Below, in pieces: positions 32,735 through 36,896 of a stretch of DNA of 36,896 bases. Every line of letters begins with the position of its first letter. The stretch's first letter is position 1. The stretch is from assembly GCA_001179505.1 (NCBI GenBank), contig CDMY01000647.1, positions 1-36,896 of the forward strand. Reading direction: 5' to 3'. The position numbers were made by a program, and so were the translations under genes. The notes below the pieces were generated by a model, which made no database searches, was not told the origin of the DNA, and saw only the letters and a program-made list of their open reading frames with translations. Source of the DNA: Vitrella brassicaformis CCMP3155. Lineage: Eukaryota; Protista; Chromerida.

Positions 32735-33240
32735 ATCGCCCCTCATCCTCGCAATGCCTCGGGCCGTGATGGCCTCACCAACTAGACTCCACGATGTCTC
32801 GGGCCTCAATGGCGCCGACTGGTGGGTTTCTCCTGCGCTTGCCGCCGATGGATGAAGTTGTACGGCGTTTGACGCCGATTGGTGATTATGCCCGGCGATG
32901 CCGACTGCGCCCCGTCGAACCGTCAATCCCGCAACGCCCCGGGCCGCCATGCCCTGGTCGAACACACAATCCGCCATGCCCCGGGCCGCCATGGCCGATC
33001 GAATCGTCAATGCGCAATGCCCCGGGCCGCCATGACCTGACCAAACCGTCAATCCCGCAATGTCCCGGACCGCCCTGAGTGATTATGTACGGCGACGTCG
33101 ACTTCGCCCGTCGGACCGTCAATCTTACAATCATGCCCCGAGCCCCGCCCCATGGCCGGATCGAACAATGAATCTCGCAATGTCCCGGGTCGCCATGCCC
33201 TGATGGAACAATCAATCCGCCATGCCCCGGGCCGCCGCTG
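32735..33240. repeat. GC-rich ~40-bp degenerate tandem array with a ~198-bp higher-order period
   Basis: Recurrent AATC(C)GC(A/C)ATGCCCCGGGCCGCC. GATTATG...CGCCCGTCG(A/G)ACCGTCAATC occurs at 32884 and 33082. Confidence 0.85.
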
Positions 33241-33827
33241 TGCGTGACCCCTAAGACAGACCCGAGGATGCGTTGCGCACGTCATGGAGCCCAACGCGCT
33301 CCATGCCCTGTTTCGGGTTGCGACGATCGAGCGGTCACTCTCATGCCGTGATGGCCGCAATGCTATGGCCTCGTCAAGTCCGAGCCTCGTCGACTAGCCA
33401 GTCTCGCGATGACACCACACTTGTCGGATAGCGAGTGTCGCCATGACTTGAGCCGTGATGGCCGCTTCACACGGTCCATCTCGTGATGTTTCGAGCCAAC
33501 GGCCTCGTCGAATTGACCAAAATGTTCTTTTCTGAAATGCGTGCCGCGAACCGAAGTCAAAGCACGCCTGCGTAATTTAAGGCTTCTTGTTCTCTGTTTT
33601 TTATCTATCAGCAGTTTCAGTCGCATATCTCACAGCTCATATTCACGCACTCTCCCAGATGTTTACAGACGATATGCCAATGTTCGCTATGCCATGAGTC
33701 GACACAGAAACGACGCTGCTGCCTATCTAAAAGGCCCATTAAACCTCGATTCACATGACGTCCAGACACACAACACATAATGTCCAGACACACAACACAC
33801 TCTATAGGTCTTCAAACGCACAGCCTT

Positions 33828-34769
33828 TTACATCCGGTTCCACCACTCTCTTTTACCCATCCACGCATCAGACCGATTCCTCAACCACGTCATCGAGAAG
33901 CCTGCACGGTGGTCAACCAGCAGCGGGGCGGCCACATAAGCTGGTGTGTGTGTCCTAAAGAGCATTCTCCACCAATCGACGTCATGGTTATAAGCTTTGG
34001 CATCCACAGCAGCCAAATCGCGAAGGTACTTCGAAAGGCAAGGAAGATGAGTTTTTCGAACCACATAGGAATATGCGCCAAAGGCATATTTGATGTGAAC
34101 GATGCCAGGGTCAAGTAATTTGGGAGTGCGACTTAGCTTTTGTCCTCTTGGAAGGTGGGGAACAATGTGATGGGCGCCGAGAAACAGTATCAGGGAGTTG
34201 TTTGGCCATCGCATCAGAAGCAGATCAAATTGCGTCTTCCATGAATCCTGGTTGAGTGGCTTGAAAGGCATAGCGTCATCCTCAAAAATCATGGCCACAT
34301 CAACGTTGTCCTGCATAGCACGATCAACTGCACATATGCTGCTAGCAAGAATGCCAAGCCCTCGCTTTTGGGATCGAAATGTCGTTATCCTCACGATGTC
34401 GAGCTCAGGGTATGCAGTGGCCCATTCTTTCCGAAAGCGAGAGTAACGCGCCGGTTCTCCCTCAGCTTCAGGCAATGTCATAACGTACGCACGACGTCTA
34501 CTGTATGGCATAGATTCATGATCCTCGGAGAATCCACAGTCCTCTTTGAAACCAGCCGGAGAGCGAATCGGCTTCACCTCTTCAAGGGCTCCAGATGCTG
34601 AAAGCGGACGTAGAGAGAATCTAGCGTATGAAGACGCCGTCGGAATTTCCAAAGTTTTTACGTATTGGCGTACTGCCGGTGGCAAGTAGTTTTGAAAAAC
34701 CCAAATGCAAGTGAAAGTGATGAATGCGAAAAGTACTGGGAGTAGCAGGCTAGCGCGCCCAATTGCCAT
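33828..34769 (-). CDS. GT25-like glycosyltransferase, intronless type II membrane protein (313 aa)
   Basis: MAIGRASLLLPVLFAFITFTCIWVF signal anchor, GILASSICAVDRAM..AMIFEDDA, FGAYSYVV and a distal D (HDVDWW), in an uninterrupted frame. The family assignment is tentative. Confidence 0.72.
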   Translation of the reverse strand: MAIGRASLLLPVLFAFITFTCIWVFQNYLPPAVRQYVKTLEIPTASSYARFSLRPLSASGALEEVKPIRSPAGFKEDCGFSEDHESMPYSRRRAYVMTLPEAEGEPARYSRFRKEWATAYPELDIVRITTFRSQKRGLGILASSICAVDRAMQDNVDVAMIFEDDAMPFKPLNQDSWKTQFDLLLMRWPNNSLILFLGAHHIVPHLPRGQKLSRTPKLLDPGIVHIKYAFGAYSYVVRKTHLPCLSKYLRDLAAVDAKAYNHDVDWWRMLFRTHTPAYVAAPLLVDHRAGFSMTWLRNRSDAWMGKREWWNRM

Positions 34770-35521
34770 CTTATGGGGTTTCACGGAGGTGAAGGGGATT
34801 TCGGAGAGGAATGGGAGAGAGGAGGAGGGCATTGGGAGAGCGGGATGAGCTATGGCGACGGGAAAAGGGTGCATGCAGTCATGCGACTCTTGAGGGAGCT
34901 GGCAACGAGCCTGTGTAACAAGTAAAGCGCCCGCAAGCTGAGCGCGGTGCACGACCCCCCGGTTGAGCATGCGGGATCGGCATTTGGCAATTGAGCTGTT
35001 GCTTATGAGCATGAATACAGTAAGAACTGCTTCACACATTGCTCAGAACTGTAAACATGCAAAGCACCATCTGTTTGTCTTTACATCACGAACTTGCGTC
35101 GCTTGGCGATGAAGCAATGATATCTCCTTCCAAACGGTTCGTGTGCGCATGAGCCTCTGGGTGTTCCCTCAGGAATGTTTGTTACCCCCCGCCTCGCTGT
35201 TCGAGAACAGCTTTGATGCGACATCGACGGTCATCGATGTGGTGCTGCTTCTTCTGATAGCTCGAAGACTTGTAGCCGCTCACGGTCGCCCGCCAAATCT
35301 TGATACTTCCACTAAAAGTCGAGAATGGCTTCCGTCGTCCTTTGCTCTACCTCAAGGCTCGAGACCTCAAGGCTCGAGAATTGCCAGTGTATGAGTGAAA
35401 GAATGATTCATCATGACGCCTGATTGATTGTGGAAGTTCTCTACTTGGACGAGTGCACAATCTCATGTCACTTGCTGTTTTTGGCATGGCCAGCAACAGT
35501 TCGCATGACCACTAGACAAAC

Positions 35522-36230
35522 CTACCGTCGATCAGCCTTGCCAACGCCCCTTTTCCCACTAAAGAGGTGTCTCGGCTTCAGATTGGCAATGTGCCGGTCT
35601 CCCTCCCCCTTGCGGGCGTCCTTGTTACGTGAGCGCTGCTTCAAGCGACGAATTTTCTCAGCCCGAACACGATCCTAACCGGAAAAACACAGTGCGTACG
35701 CATGATGTGATGCATTTCCTGAGCGCCGTGAATGTACCTTTTCCTTCGGCAGTCCCGTCTTAACGCGATCAGGTGCGTTCTTCTTTGCGTGTGGGTTTGT
35801 GTCCTTGCCCGTCATGTCCGACGGAGACGACAGTCTGCGCTTCTTGCCCGGCCGACGCTCGGACTCTTCTTGATCGACGGCCATCTTAACGTCTTCCGCC
35901 CCCTGCAGACACGACGCAAAGAGAATACAGACAACACGAGCTACATTGCTGTACTGCCTTACTTCTTCATCGTCAATGTCCATTTCGGCATCAGAGCGAG
36001 TGCGCTTACGATGCCCTCCTAGGCCATCCACCACGCATCAAAGAGACTGCAGATGACTGTATCCTTGTTCTTCCTTAGTTCTCACCTTCTTGCATAGTAC
36101 GGCCCTCCCCATGCCCACTGGACAGTGCATGAGGAGTCTTGCGTGCGCGTCGCCTGACAACACTTGCATCTAGGCCGATGTCAGTGAGATGGCTTTCGAC
36201 CTCGGACACACCAATGCCGCTCCCGCGCTG
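35522..36230 (-). CDS. NOG1: 3' exons of nucleolar GTP-binding protein 1 (NOG1/GTPBP4)
   Basis: The last exon 35674-35522 reads DRVRAEKIRRLKQRSRNKDARKGEGDRHIANLKPRHLFSGKRGVGKADRR*, the characteristic NOG1 C-terminus. Introns 35737-35675 and 35962-35903 are phase-consistent. Confidence 0.85.
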
Positions 36231-36544
36231 AACAGTCAAACAAACACTCGGAAGTGCACGTGGCTCTCGTGTCACCCCTCGGTAAGCGTTTGACGGAGAA
36301 TGACGGATGTGTCCAACAAACACGTCGATTACACCATTCATGCGATGAACGATAAGTAAAAGAACACATGCGCTCACTCAGCATTGCATGAATGTTCTTC
36401 TCCCTTTCGTAGCTGTGTGTCATGAGAGAAAGGTACAAACACGAAGAGACAGAGAATACCTCGCAGGTAAGGAGAGGACGCACACCACAAATCATGAAGG
36501 GACGGCAGGTATTGTGCAGTGGGGATGAAATACACGAATCATGA

Positions 36545-36896
36545 ACCATGCAGCGGATCGAAGCACAAGACCTGTGAGAAGAGACCGCAAGTATCAAGGC
36601 TTACTTGACAGCAAGACACAACAACACAAGCCAAGATCAGCTCGACAAGCTGCGGGAAGCGATCCCAAGAGCATATTGATCAAGGCTTGGCGACATTTGC
36701 CTGCTTGATGGGATGGTGAGATTGGTCACGAGACACCAAGAGTACGGGCCCGTGTTGATCGTATCGAGGCCACTGCGTGCAGCAGCAATGAAGCTGCACC
36801 ACGAGCACCTGCTTGGAGGGCACCTGGCAATCGAGAGACGTATCGAGAGAGCATACAAGAGGCTGGCAAGAGAGTATTATTGGCCTGGCATGTATG
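36545..36896 (+). mobile_element. Degenerate remnant of a related gypsy pol (RNase H-integrase linker and HHCC start), cut by the window end
   Basis: IKAYL..QLDKLREAIPRAY*SRLGDICL...HHEHLLGGHLAIE...YYWPGMY aligns with 16975-17280. It has stops and a 9-bp duplication. Confidence 0.9.

Overview
Eukaryotic, intron-dense, repeat-rich scaffold segment. It has short GT-AG introns and five fixed 300-N gaps; the style resembles a chromerid/alveolate protist, which is inference only. Main contents: (1) a young, nearly full-length Ty3/gypsy chromovirus-type LTR retrotransposon (12200-21228) with 472-bp LTRs differing at one site, a 4-bp TSD, a tRNA-Gly-like PBS, a PPT, a GGGAAAC -1 frameshift site with a pseudoknot, one in-frame TAG between RNase H and integrase, a ~100-aa tail after the chromodomain, and an apparent intron-containing antisense gene in its 3' region; (2) glycan-modifying genes and decayed copies: GT25-like (intact plus pseudogene), exostosin/GT47-like, GT77-like (intact plus truncated copy) and a FkbM-type methyltransferase pseudogene; (3) a decayed reading frame combining a hAT-like DDE transposase, a HeH/SAP-like motif and a Josephin protease domain, followed by a GC-rich repeat array; (4) a cyclic-nucleotide-binding (channel-type) gene, the 3' exons of NOG1 and a second gypsy remnant; (5) a 122-bp tandem repeat family and a foldback hairpin. 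All family calls come from motif recognition by eye; no searches were run.
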